A stretch of DNA of 64,000 nt from Hyphomicrobiaceae bacterium (lineage in GTDB: Bacteria; Pseudomonadota; Alphaproteobacteria; Rhizobiales; Hyphomicrobiaceae): assembly GCA_016793635.1 (NCBI GenBank), contig JAEUMD010000015.1:37829-101828 (forward strand). Direction: 5' to 3'. Made by a program: the position numbers and the translations under genes. The notes below the pieces were generated by a model. That model was not told the DNA's origin and searched no databases. It saw only the letters and a list, made by a program, of their open reading frames with translations. Every line of letters starts with the position of its first letter. Position 1 is the first letter of the stretch. Positions 1 through 8,811 of this stretch are shown piece by piece.

Positions 1-243
1 GTAGATCGGGAATACGCGCTCCACGCCCTCGCCATAGGAAATCTTGCGGACGGTGAAGCTCTCGTTGATGCCGGCGCCGGAGCGCGAAATGCAAACGCCC
101 TCGTACGCCTGGTTGCGGGTCGTGTTACCCTCGACCACCTTGACGAGAACCTTGAGCGTGTCGCCGGGGCCGAACTCCGGCACACCGCGCTTCGCAGTAA
201 TGGCCTTGATCTGCTCGAGCTCGAGCTCCTGAATGATGTTCAT
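1..243 (-). CDS. rplS: 50S ribosomal protein L19 (C-terminus lies beyond the window edge)
   Basis: Manual translation of the minus strand from ATG at 243-241 gives [81 protein letters not shown], a typical L19 sequence. It is absent from the ORF track because there is no stop in the window. AAGGA lies about 9 nt upstream of the ATG. Confidence 0.9.
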   Translation of the reverse strand, partial: MNIIQELELEQIKAITAKRGVPEFGPGDTLKVLVKVVEGNTTRNQAYEGVCISRSGAGINESFTVRKISYGEGVERVFPIY

Positions 244-570
244 TGTTTCGGTCCTTGATTGTCCATCAAAGCAGAGGAGCCACGTGACGCATCCAGGCTT
301 TCGGCCTGGATGGGCGCGGCTCGTGCGGCCCCTTTTTCGGGGCGTCCCAGCTCGTGGGGAATTCGAGTGCGCTGCTCATAGCCGAAACGAGCGGCGATGT
401 CGAGCCGGGCATGCGGCGGACACTCTGGGTTGCATCTGCGCCCGGAAATCGGCCGCTTGAGCGCTTTTCCCTGTCTTTCTGGTGCCTCCGCGGCGCGGGC
501 TAAAATCGCGGATGGACGCGGCCGACCGACGCAGATAACACGGTTTTTCAGCAACGAGGCTTCTTCGTCC

Positions 571-2382
571 ATGCTCGAGACCGCCGCAAGCGCGCCGCGC
601 CAGGCCAATCTGGAGAATGTCGCCGAACGGCTCGCCCGGGAGGCGCCCGCGCTCGTGCTGGCTCCCCTCGAAGCACGTCTGGTCGCCGCGAACCGCGCCG
701 GAGCCGATGTGCTCGGTGTCCCTGCTCCCCTCCCCTTCGTCGCCGAAATCGCCATCGCCTCAGCGCCCACTTCGCCGTCCAAGCGGAGCCGCGGACGCAA
801 GGATGGCGCCAGCGCGACAGCGGAAAGGCCGGCCCCGACCAATACCGGGCATCCGCTCGACAGTGCCATGCCGGCGCTCGTCCAGCTCCGCCGGATCGCG
901 GGGCGCGGCATGGCCGCTGGCGAGCCTCGGATTGAACCCCTGGTCTTCTGGACACCGGCCGGCGCGGCGAGACTTCTCTGCCGCGTGCGCCCGATCGAAG
1001 CGGCCGCGCACTCCTCGCGCCTTCTGATGCTGATCGAGCCGCTGGATGCGGGGTTCACGCCATTGCCGCCCGTCGCCATGACGGATGGAGAACAACACTC
1101 CGTCACCCATCGCAGATCGACGCGCGCGCGGCCCCGACCCGATGCTTTCGACTGGCCGGTGGAAACCGACGAGACCGAAACTCGCGAGGCCGGAGCCACC
1201 GAGGCCGGCACCACCGAAGCCGGCGCCGATACGCCACAAGTCCTCAGCGATGATCCCCCGCCGGAAAACATTGCCGACGCCCCGCCCGCCGCGACCCGGC
1301 AGGCCCCGATTGCAGGGCCATCGCTCCCTCGCACCGATGCCGAGATCCTGAAGGCCATCGCCGGCCAGATCCTCGCCGCAAGCAGCGGTGCGGGTGCCGG
1401 TTCACCGGGAGGCGTGTCACCGCCTGCCGGCGGCGGGTCGGGAGACGGAAACGACGAGAGCCGGGTAGCCCCCACGGCCCCAGTCCCGGCCGGCGACAAG
1501 GCCGCGCATGGCGAAGATACGACTGAGAACGGCCCTGCGACGGGCGGGGATGGCCACGAAGAAGCATCACGCTCGCGCGCGGCCGCTCCGGCAACCCAAG
1601 CCGAACACGACCTCTTCGACGAGGCCGATGCCATCTCGCAGCCCGAAGCCGCCGAACTCGATGCGCCGCCACGCGCGGTCTCGGCCCGCCGCGCCCTGAC
1701 GCGACGCCTCGCGCACGAGCTGAAATCGCCGCTGAGTGCCATCGCCGCCGCATCCGAGATCATGAAAGACCAGCGTTTCGGCGCCATCGGCGACGAGCGT
1801 TATCTGCGCTACGCACGCGACATTCACGAAAGCGCACGCCACGCCCTCGACGTGATCCAACGCATGCTCGGCACCCACGTCGGCGGCGACGCCACACCGG
1901 AGCTGGCGTTCGTCAATCTCGACCTCAATGGCCTCGTCTCGTCGCTCGTATCCGCGATGGGACCGATCGCAACCGACGCGGGAATTCGTCTCGCACCGGA
2001 ACTCGCCCCCGGCCTGCCCCTGATTGTCGCCGACACGACGTCCCTACGCCAGATCGTTCATAACCTTCTCGGCAACGCCCTGAAGTTCACGCCGCGCGGC
2101 GGCATCGTCACCGTCTCGACGCGGGCGGCGATCGATGGCCCTTTGTATCTGGAAATCGCGGACACGGGCCCCGGCATGTCGGCTGAGGAGATCGCCCGCA
2201 TGCTCGACGACACCGCAACGGCCGAGATCGCTCCGCGCAAGGGCGGGGGTCTCGGCATCGGCCTGCCACTGGTTCGCGCGCTGGCGGCGTCGAATGGCGC
2301 AGAGTTGGGGCTCGCACCACGCGCTTCGGGCGGCCTCGTTGCGACGATCGCGTTTCCAAAAAGCCGTCAGGTGCTGGTATAG
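571..2382 (+). CDS. Sensor histidine kinase (PAS-like N-terminus, long low-complexity linker, HisKA + HATPase_c)
   Basis: ORF 397..2382. H-box LAHELKSPLSAI and ATPase boxes NLLGNALKFTPRGG, DTGPGM, GGLGIGLPL are at the C-terminus. Start placed at ATG 571 (MLETAAS...) because the upstream part is Arg/Cys-rich junk, so the start is uncertain. Confidence 0.8.
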   Translation: MLETAASAPRQANLENVAERLAREAPALVLAPLEARLVAANRAGADVLGVPAPLPFVAEIAIASAPTSPSKRSRGRKDGASATAERPAPTNTGHPLDSAMPALVQLRRIAGRGMAAGEPRIEPLVFWTPAGAARLLCRVRPIEAAAHSSRLLMLIEPLDAGFTPLPPVAMTDGEQHSVTHRRSTRARPRPDAFDWPVETDETETREAGATEAGTTEAGADTPQVLSDDPPPENIADAPPAATRQAPIAGPSLPRTDAEILKAIAGQILAASSGAGAGSPGGVSPPAGGGSGDGNDESRVAPTAPVPAGDKAAHGEDTTENGPATGGDGHEEASRSRAAAPATQAEHDLFDEADAISQPEAAELDAPPRAVSARRALTRRLAHELKSPLSAIAAASEIMKDQRFGAIGDERYLRYARDIHESARHALDVIQRMLGTHVGGDATPELAFVNLDLNGLVSSLVSAMGPIATDAGIRLAPELAPGLPLIVADTTSLRQIVHNLLGNALKFTPRGGIVTVSTRAAIDGPLYLEIADTGPGMSAEEIARMLDDTATAEIAPRKGGGLGIGLPLVRALAASNGAELGLAPRASGGLVATIAFPKSRQVLV

Positions 2383-2489
2383 CGAACGTGCGGGCGCGGG
2401 CGATGCCGTGTCTCCCGCTTCTTGCCGGCCACCCGCCAAAGGTGCCGGCCGCGCAAATCTCTTGAGCCCCGACGCGGAACTCGATCGGA

Positions 2490-4223
2490 ATGAACGTCAG
2501 CGCAGAGCAGAATACGCAGCGCCCGCAGCCCGGAAAATCGGCCGAGAGCGCACTTTCAAGCCTGCTGCAAGCCTGGCGCGCACGCGCGCGGACCTCACCG
2601 CTATGGCTCACCCTCGTGGGGCTCATCCTGGTCGTGGTCGCGCTTCCGGTTGCGACGACGCTCTGGCTGGCGCTCTCGCCAGCTGACAATATCTGGCCGC
2701 ATCTGATCTCGACGGTGTTACCGGCTTCGACGCTGCAAACACTACTGCTAATGCTCGGCGCAGGAACGCTGACACTGGTCACGGGCGCCGCCGCCGCATG
2801 GCTGGTGACGATGCACCGTTTTCCGGGGCGTGCGTTGATCGACCGGCTACTCGTCATCCCGCTGGCGATGCCGACGTATATCGTCGCTTATTGTTATGTC
2901 GAGCTTCTCGATTTCTCGGGCCCGGTACAGAGCACGGTGCGCTGGCTCGGCGGTTGGCATTCATCGCGCGACTACTGGTTTCCCGACATCCGCTCGCTAC
3001 CGGGCGCCATCTTCGTCATGGCCTCAGTGCTCTACCCCTATGTCTACCTCTCCGCCCGCGCGACATTCGTGCAGCAATCGGTCTGCGCACTTGAAGTTGC
3101 CCGCACGCTCGGACGCACACCACTCCAGGTGTTGTTCGCGGTGGCGCTGCCGCTCGCGCGCCCGGCCCTCGCAGCCGGTGTCGCGCTGGTACTCATGGAA
3201 TGCCTGAACGATCTCGGCGCCGTCCAATATCTCGGCGTGCAAACGCTTTCGCAGAGCATCTACGCCACTTGGCTGCAGCAGTCGAACCTTGGTGGCGCCG
3301 CGCAGATCGCTTCCGTGCTTCTGGGACTCATCGTCTGCCTCTTCGCTCTTGAGCACGTTGCGCGCGGCCGCGCTAAAGTTCATCACACCACGGGCCGCTA
3401 CCGCTCGATCCCGTTCCAGGATCTGACGGGATGGCGTGGATACGCCGCGTCGGTGTTCGCGGCCATGCCGTTCGTGATCGGCTTCCTGCTGCCCTTTCTG
3501 CAACTCGCACGGCATGCCTTCACCTATGCGGGCAAGAGCCTCGAACTCGGCTTCTACAGTGCCGCAGCCAACAGCCTGATGCTCTCCGCCGCGACGGCCA
3601 TTACCGCCGTCTCTCTCGCGCTCGTCCTCGCCTATGCCCAGCGCGTCGAACCGAACCCCTTCACGCGCACGGCGATCCGGATCGCGTCGCTCGGCTACGC
3701 AATACCAGGAACCGTGCTCGCGCTCGGGCTGCTGATCCCGCTCGCCGGAATCGACAATTCCATCGACGCCTTCATGCGCCGGACGGTTGGCATCTCGACC
3801 GGCCTCCTGCTTTCGGGCACCGTCGCCGCACTCGTGCTGGCTTATACGATCCGCTTTCTCGCGGTTTCCCTCGGCTCGATCGAATCCGGCCTCGAACAGA
3901 TTTCTCCCAACCTCGACGCCGCGTCACGCGCACTCGGCGAAACGGCCCTCTCGACACTTGGCCGCGTGCACCTGCCGCTGCTGCTTCCCGCGCTCGGTGC
4001 CGCCGGGCTTCTCGTCTTCGTCGACTCGATGAAGGAGCTTCCGGCAACTCTGCTGCTGCGCCCCTTCAACTTCGACACGCTCGCGACCCACGTCTACTCG
4101 TTTGCGGCGCTCGAGCAATTCGAGGAGGCCGCACTCGGCGCGCTCGCGATCGTCGTCGCCGGCCTCGTGCCCGTGCTGTTGCTGCACAAGGCCGTTGCCG
4201 GCGGCCGCGCTGGCGCCGAGTGA
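2490..4223 (+). CDS. ABC transporter permease, duplicated two-domain type (FbpB/AfuB/ThiP-like iron(III)/thiamine family)
   Basis: 577-aa ORF that is highly hydrophobic, with two repeated halves of about 6 TM segments each, as in fused binding-protein-dependent permeases. No ATPase or binding-protein gene is adjacent. Confidence 0.75.
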   Translation: MNVSAEQNTQRPQPGKSAESALSSLLQAWRARARTSPLWLTLVGLILVVVALPVATTLWLALSPADNIWPHLISTVLPASTLQTLLLMLGAGTLTLVTGAAAAWLVTMHRFPGRALIDRLLVIPLAMPTYIVAYCYVELLDFSGPVQSTVRWLGGWHSSRDYWFPDIRSLPGAIFVMASVLYPYVYLSARATFVQQSVCALEVARTLGRTPLQVLFAVALPLARPALAAGVALVLMECLNDLGAVQYLGVQTLSQSIYATWLQQSNLGGAAQIASVLLGLIVCLFALEHVARGRAKVHHTTGRYRSIPFQDLTGWRGYAASVFAAMPFVIGFLLPFLQLARHAFTYAGKSLELGFYSAAANSLMLSAATAITAVSLALVLAYAQRVEPNPFTRTAIRIASLGYAIPGTVLALGLLIPLAGIDNSIDAFMRRTVGISTGLLLSGTVAALVLAYTIRFLAVSLGSIESGLEQISPNLDAASRALGETALSTLGRVHLPLLLPALGAAGLLVFVDSMKELPATLLLRPFNFDTLATHVYSFAALEQFEEAALGALAIVVAGLVPVLLLHKAVAGGRAGAE

Positions 4224-4445
4224 GATTTCGCCGCCCGCTCAAGGTCGCATCGTCCAGCCGTTTCCGGCAAACGAACCTGTTGGCGCTGACCCTCGTCAGC
4301 CCAAGCGTTGACCAACTGCAATGATCTGCCGACCGGCACGTCGCAAACTTTTCCTGTCTGAACCTCAGGCCGCGCCAATGCTTCGCAGAGTTGCCAAGGC
4401 TAAGCGAAGTTCCCGCCCAGCGGCCGCACCACACAGGAGACGGCG

Positions 4446-4589
4446 ATGGACCTCAAGGCACTTTTCCTCAACACCGATCCGCTGGCCATGATCGCGCTCG
4501 GCGGGCTGGTTTCGGTGCTCGTCGTCACCGTCGCGCTCGCGGCGTTCGTGCTGGCGAAGCTGCCGAAGCGCGGCGAGCGCAGCAGCTAA
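4446..4589 (+). CDS. Candidate 47-aa single-pass membrane microprotein
   Basis: Manual ORF below the track cutoff: MDLKALFLNTDPLAMIALGGLVSVLVVTVALAAFVLAKLPKRGERSS. AGGAGA lies about 6 nt upstream of the ATG. One clear TM helix followed by a basic tail. No family recognised. Confidence 0.35.
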   Translation: MDLKALFLNTDPLAMIALGGLVSVLVVTVALAAFVLAKLPKRGERSS

Positions 4590-4622
4590 CCGACGGATTT
4601 GCGCTTCGAGAAGCCGGGATCC

Positions 4623-5660
4623 TCAGATGATCTCGTCCTCGTCCATCAGCGGCTCCGCGGCCTCGCGGCCGCGGGGTTTGCTGCCCATCTCCTCGGCCCA
4701 GGCGAGATGGAATACGGCGTCGCCCATGTTGACCACCGGCAGCGTCGTGGCGCCGATGATGATACCGCGATGTGGGGCGCGCACCTCGGCGTCGAGTTCC
4801 TCGAACGGATTGGCGACGTAACCGACGACCTCCTGCGCTGCGACGGCATCGCCGATGCGCCGAGTCGTCCGCCAAACGCCGCCCTCCGGCGCGCGCACCC
4901 AGCAAGACGAGTTGGCGATGATTGGCGTCTGGCCGGGAGGCCTGTCGGCCCGCTTTGACTTGGGCGGCAGCTCCAGCATTCCCGCCTCGAGCATCACGCC
5001 CGCAACGCCGTCGACGCCCGCCTTGATCGCGAACTCGTCGAACCGCAACCCTTCGCCGCCTTCGTAAACGAGCACGTCACAGCCGACGTCGCGCGCCGCA
5101 CGCCGCAGTGAACCGCTACGCTCAGGACTGTCGAGCACCACTTGCGCGCCGAAGGCCATGGCGAGTTCGCGAACCCGGGATCGCTTCTTCAACGCACAGC
5201 GGATCTGCGGCAGGTTGATGCGGTGCACCGCCGCCGTGTGAAGGTCGATGCCGACTTCCGAGCGTTTAACCACCTCCATGAGGAACAGGTTCGCGAGCCT
5301 CGCGGCGAGCGACCCGTTTGGCGACCCGGGGAACGAGCGGTTGAGATCACGCCGGTCGGGCAGGTAGCGCGAACGGCCAATGAAGCCATAGGCGTTGACC
5401 ACCGGTACGCACAGCAGCGTGCCGTGGATATTGGCGGGAGAGAGGGTACGCAGAATGCGGCGGATGATCTCGACACCGTTCAGCTCGTCGCCATGCACCG
5501 CGCCAGAGATGAAAAGCGTGATTCCAGGGTTCGCGCCATGCAGAACGTGCACCGGTAGCGTGACGGGTGTGTGGTTGGACAACCGCGACACCGGCAGATC
5601 GACGAGCCGGCGTTCACCCGGCGCCACGACCTGACCTCCGATGCGGAAAGGCTGTCTCAA
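4623..5660 (-). CDS. Succinylglutamate desuccinylase/aspartoacylase (AstE/AspA, M14-like) family protein
   Basis: 345-aa ORF. The N-terminal pattern ...LPVHVLHGANPGITLFISGAVHGDELNGVEIIRRIL... (zinc-ligand H-x-x-E context) and the length are typical of this family. Confidence 0.7.
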   Translation of the reverse strand: MRQPFRIGGQVVAPGERRLVDLPVSRLSNHTPVTLPVHVLHGANPGITLFISGAVHGDELNGVEIIRRILRTLSPANIHGTLLCVPVVNAYGFIGRSRYLPDRRDLNRSFPGSPNGSLAARLANLFLMEVVKRSEVGIDLHTAAVHRINLPQIRCALKKRSRVRELAMAFGAQVVLDSPERSGSLRRAARDVGCDVLVYEGGEGLRFDEFAIKAGVDGVAGVMLEAGMLELPPKSKRADRPPGQTPIIANSSCWVRAPEGGVWRTTRRIGDAVAAQEVVGYVANPFEELDAEVRAPHRGIIIGATTLPVVNMGDAVFHLAWAEEMGSKPRGREAAEPLMDEDEII

Positions 5661-6156
5661 GGTCGTCCCCTTGGGTGCGATCGGTTGAGCGGCGAGGCGC
5701 CCTGCGCTTCGGTAGAAAGCGTGAATCGCAGTCTAACCCATACAGTAGAGAGCAATTCACGGGATTGTTGAATGGGCACGGCGCTCGTCGAACTCGCGAA
5801 CCGCGCTCCCGGCCATCGGCCCGGGGCGTGCAAGCTTCTGAAACGCCGTGATCGTGCGCGGATCGGCTGTGGCAATGATGCCCTGACGTGACACTCGAAC
5901 GCAACTGCGGCCCACCGTTGTCCCTTGATGCCCGCGCGATACCAAATCACGTCGATCAAAGACATGGGTCTGGATGCGGGGGATAGCAGGGCGGAACAAG
6001 GGCCATTGCCGCTTGCGCGCCCCTGGACACGCGCCTAATAAGAGATGGCTCTGAGCGTTTCAGTTCATGCGGCCCGCCCGGAGGCGCTTGCGGCCCTTTT
6101 CCTGTCGCCGATACGTCTCGAGCAGCCAAAGACTTCGTCCAATCGCAGCAGGACAC

Positions 6157-8688
6157 ATGAAGCGCCCCGACAGGAAAAAGCGGCATCGCCTAACCGTCGC
6201 TGCGACAGTAGTGTCGTTCGTCGGCATAGGTCTCGCGACGCCCTTCGTCATCTCGGGTATGAGCCCTGACCTGTCGTTCCATTCGGCGGCTGTGATTGCG
6301 GCGACCCGCGACAGCTTCACGCTCACCTCGCCGATCGCACTCGGCCCGCTTTCCAATTTCCGTCTCGATCGCGGCACGGTTTCACTCGTGCCCTATGGGC
6401 CCGGCGATGTTCTGACGGGCGCGACGGCAGTCGCCCTGCTCACCAGCGGCAAGGCCAAGCTCAAGGTCGACGATGCGACCGTGAGCTTGGACCTCCGCAC
6501 CATCGTTCATGCCGACGAGGACGGTGCCGACACGTTCGGTGTGGCGCCCGTGCTGTCCGCGCTTCTCAACATGCAGTTCGCGGAGCTGGCACTCGACAAT
6601 TCCGATGTTCGGATCACGCGCGCCGACGGCTCTGTCGAAGTCCTCTCGCATGTGAAGCTCAACGCCACCCGCCAGCGCAACGGCCGGATGAAGATCGCCG
6701 GACGCTTTGATTTTCGCGGACGTACGCTCGAGGTCGGCGTCACTCTGAACACGAAATCAACCGCCGAGAACGTTGCCGGCGCACCGGCCGCCTTCCCCGT
6801 GGAGGTTTCTCTCAAGGGTGATCTCGTCCACCTGCAGTGCGCGGGCTCGATGTCCGTCGTCGATACCCCTCAGCTCACCGCCGATACCGCCGAGCTGTCC
6901 ATTACGAGCGTTCGGGACGTTGCCTCCTGGTTCGGCAGCGACTGGAGCGGCGGGCAGGGTCTCGGCAAGTTCAGTGCGAAGGGCCCGCTGGAGTGGACAC
7001 CGCGCGGCATTTCGTTTTCGCAAGCGCACGTCGAGATCGATGGAAATGTCGCTGAAGGCGCGCTGGCCCTCAAGTTCGCGCAGCAGCGTGCCGGCATAGA
7101 CGCGACACTGGATTTTGAAGCGCTCGACCTCAAGCCCTACCTCACTCCGGCCGGAAAACAGGTCAGCGCGACGCCATTCGATCTCGCACACATCCTGCCA
7201 CGCCATTTCACCGACCGGCCGCTGATGCCGATCCTCCAGGACATCGACGCCGACCTCCGGATCTCCGCCGGCAAGGTTCTGGCCAGTGGTACTAGTTTCG
7301 GCAAAGCGGCAGCGTCGCTGTCGCTGAAGGACGGCGTGATGCTGACCGACCTCGCCGAGCTGGAGGTGGGCAAGTCCGGCCGCTGCACGGGCCAGCTCTC
7401 GCTGACCGTCAGCGGCGAGAACGCCCAGTACCGCCTCAAGGGCAAAGTCGACGCCATCGACATCGCCTCCATCACCGGGACGATCTGGCCGCATACGCCG
7501 GTGTCTGGCGTCGGCGAGATGTCGGTGGACCTGTCCGCCTCAGGCTACGACCGGTCCACCCTCATGCAAAGCGCGGTCGGCAAGGTCGGGCTGAAGCTTC
7601 CTGCCTCCGGACAGCTCGGCATCGACGTCAAGACGCTCGCGGCGACGGCACGCGCCAACGAATTGCAGGGTTGGGGGGGCGCTGCCCGCGGCCAGACGCC
7701 GGTGGACAGCCTCTCGGCTCAACTCGTGCTCGAAGGCGGTCGCTTGTGGGCCGAGAAGGCCACCGCGAAATTCGGCGATGCCACGTTGACCGCTCTGGGC
7801 AGCGTCCATCTCGATGGCGGCCTCGCCGACATGCAGATTTGGATCACGCATCCGAACAAGCCGGAAGCTGCCACCGCGCCCGCGGTTGCGCTGAAACCCG
7901 TCGCTGGCGCGTCATCCCCGCCGGCATCCTCGGCGCCACCAGCAGCCCCAGCCAACACCGTTGAAGCGTCAGCGGCCGAGGCGGCAAACTCGGGTGCCGG
8001 CCTGCGCATTCGCGGCCCGCTGCATGCGCCGTCCATACGCTACATGCGGCTTTCCGAGCGCACCGACGCCGAACGCGCACCACCGAACTTGACCGGCGCT
8101 CCCGCCATCTCTGGCCGTCCCGGCGCCGCACCACCCAAATCGCTCGCACCAAGCTCCACTGCCCCATCGAAGCCTGCGCTACAACTGCCCGAGCGAGCCG
8201 CGGCGATCGAGCCCGCCAACGTTCCACTAGAGCCCGCATCGGCCGTTATCCCGGAGGACATGCGACCGGCCCCCATGCCCTCCATAGTCGCGCCCATAGC
8301 TCCAGATCGCGAAGCTGCACTGCCGATGCGAGACGGCCACGACGAGCCCGCCATACCGGAAGCAGAAACGGCACCTCTTGCAGCCCCGCCGTCAGCCGCT
8401 GAAGCGGCACCTTTCCCGTCGACGGCGCCCGTCACCGACGAACCGAGCCGAGAAGCGGCCGTCACTCCGGTAACTCCCCCCGCCGCCCCTGTCGCTGCCT
8501 CCGAACCCGCGCCGGCAGGTCCGGCGGCGCCATCGGCGGCTGCAACAGAACCCGAGCGCGACGCCGCACTCTCCACTGGCACCGATCCCGCGGCACACGC
8601 GCCTGCGGGAACCCCGGATGGTCAGCCCGTTTCGGCTTCGCCTCATGCCGCAGAACCGGCGACCGAGCCGCCGAAATCCTCCGACTGA
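6157..8688 (+). CDS. AsmA-family outer-membrane biogenesis protein with a 210-aa Pro/Ala-rich C-terminal tail
   Basis: ORF 6067..8688. Start placed at ATG 6157 (MKRPDRKKRHRLTVAATVVSFVGIGLATPF = basic stretch plus TM anchor). Long beta-rich body with AsmA-like segments (LDFEALDLKPYL, DADLRISAGKV). The tail from about 8055 is low complexity. Confidence 0.6.
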   Translation: MKRPDRKKRHRLTVAATVVSFVGIGLATPFVISGMSPDLSFHSAAVIAATRDSFTLTSPIALGPLSNFRLDRGTVSLVPYGPGDVLTGATAVALLTSGKAKLKVDDATVSLDLRTIVHADEDGADTFGVAPVLSALLNMQFAELALDNSDVRITRADGSVEVLSHVKLNATRQRNGRMKIAGRFDFRGRTLEVGVTLNTKSTAENVAGAPAAFPVEVSLKGDLVHLQCAGSMSVVDTPQLTADTAELSITSVRDVASWFGSDWSGGQGLGKFSAKGPLEWTPRGISFSQAHVEIDGNVAEGALALKFAQQRAGIDATLDFEALDLKPYLTPAGKQVSATPFDLAHILPRHFTDRPLMPILQDIDADLRISAGKVLASGTSFGKAAASLSLKDGVMLTDLAELEVGKSGRCTGQLSLTVSGENAQYRLKGKVDAIDIASITGTIWPHTPVSGVGEMSVDLSASGYDRSTLMQSAVGKVGLKLPASGQLGIDVKTLAATARANELQGWGGAARGQTPVDSLSAQLVLEGGRLWAEKATAKFGDATLTALGSVHLDGGLADMQIWITHPNKPEAATAPAVALKPVAGASSPPASSAPPAAPANTVEASAAEAANSGAGLRIRGPLHAPSIRYMRLSERTDAERAPPNLTGAPAISGRPGAAPPKSLAPSSTAPSKPALQLPERAAAIEPANVPLEPASAVIPEDMRPAPMPSIVAPIAPDREAALPMRDGHDEPAIPEAETAPLAAPPSAAEAAPFPSTAPVTDEPSREAAVTPVTPPAAPVAASEPAPAGPAAPSAAATEPERDAALSTGTDPAAHAPAGTPDGQPVSASPHAAEPATEPPKSSD

Positions 8689-8811
8689 TCGCGGCCCGGT
8701 TTTCGCCAACAGCCGCAACATCGTTGCCTGAGCGACAGCATTCCGCCACGCAAGAGTGGCATGCCTCGCGTAGCCTTACCGTTTCTACTTTCATTCCACG
8801 GAGTTCCACAG

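Noticed and set aside
240-1787. 515-aa minus-strand ORF overlapping the histidine kinase
   Set aside because: Antisense shadow ORF. It is Arg/Ala/Ser/Gly-rich with no recognisable domain, while the plus-strand frame carries clear HisKA/HATPase motifs.
5661-6156. 500-nt gap between the AstE-family and AsmA-family genes, inspected for tRNA, sRNA or gene remnants
   Set aside because: No tRNA-like T-arm or anticodon-arm pattern, no terminator-flanked hairpin module and no protein-like frame were found, so it is left unannotated.
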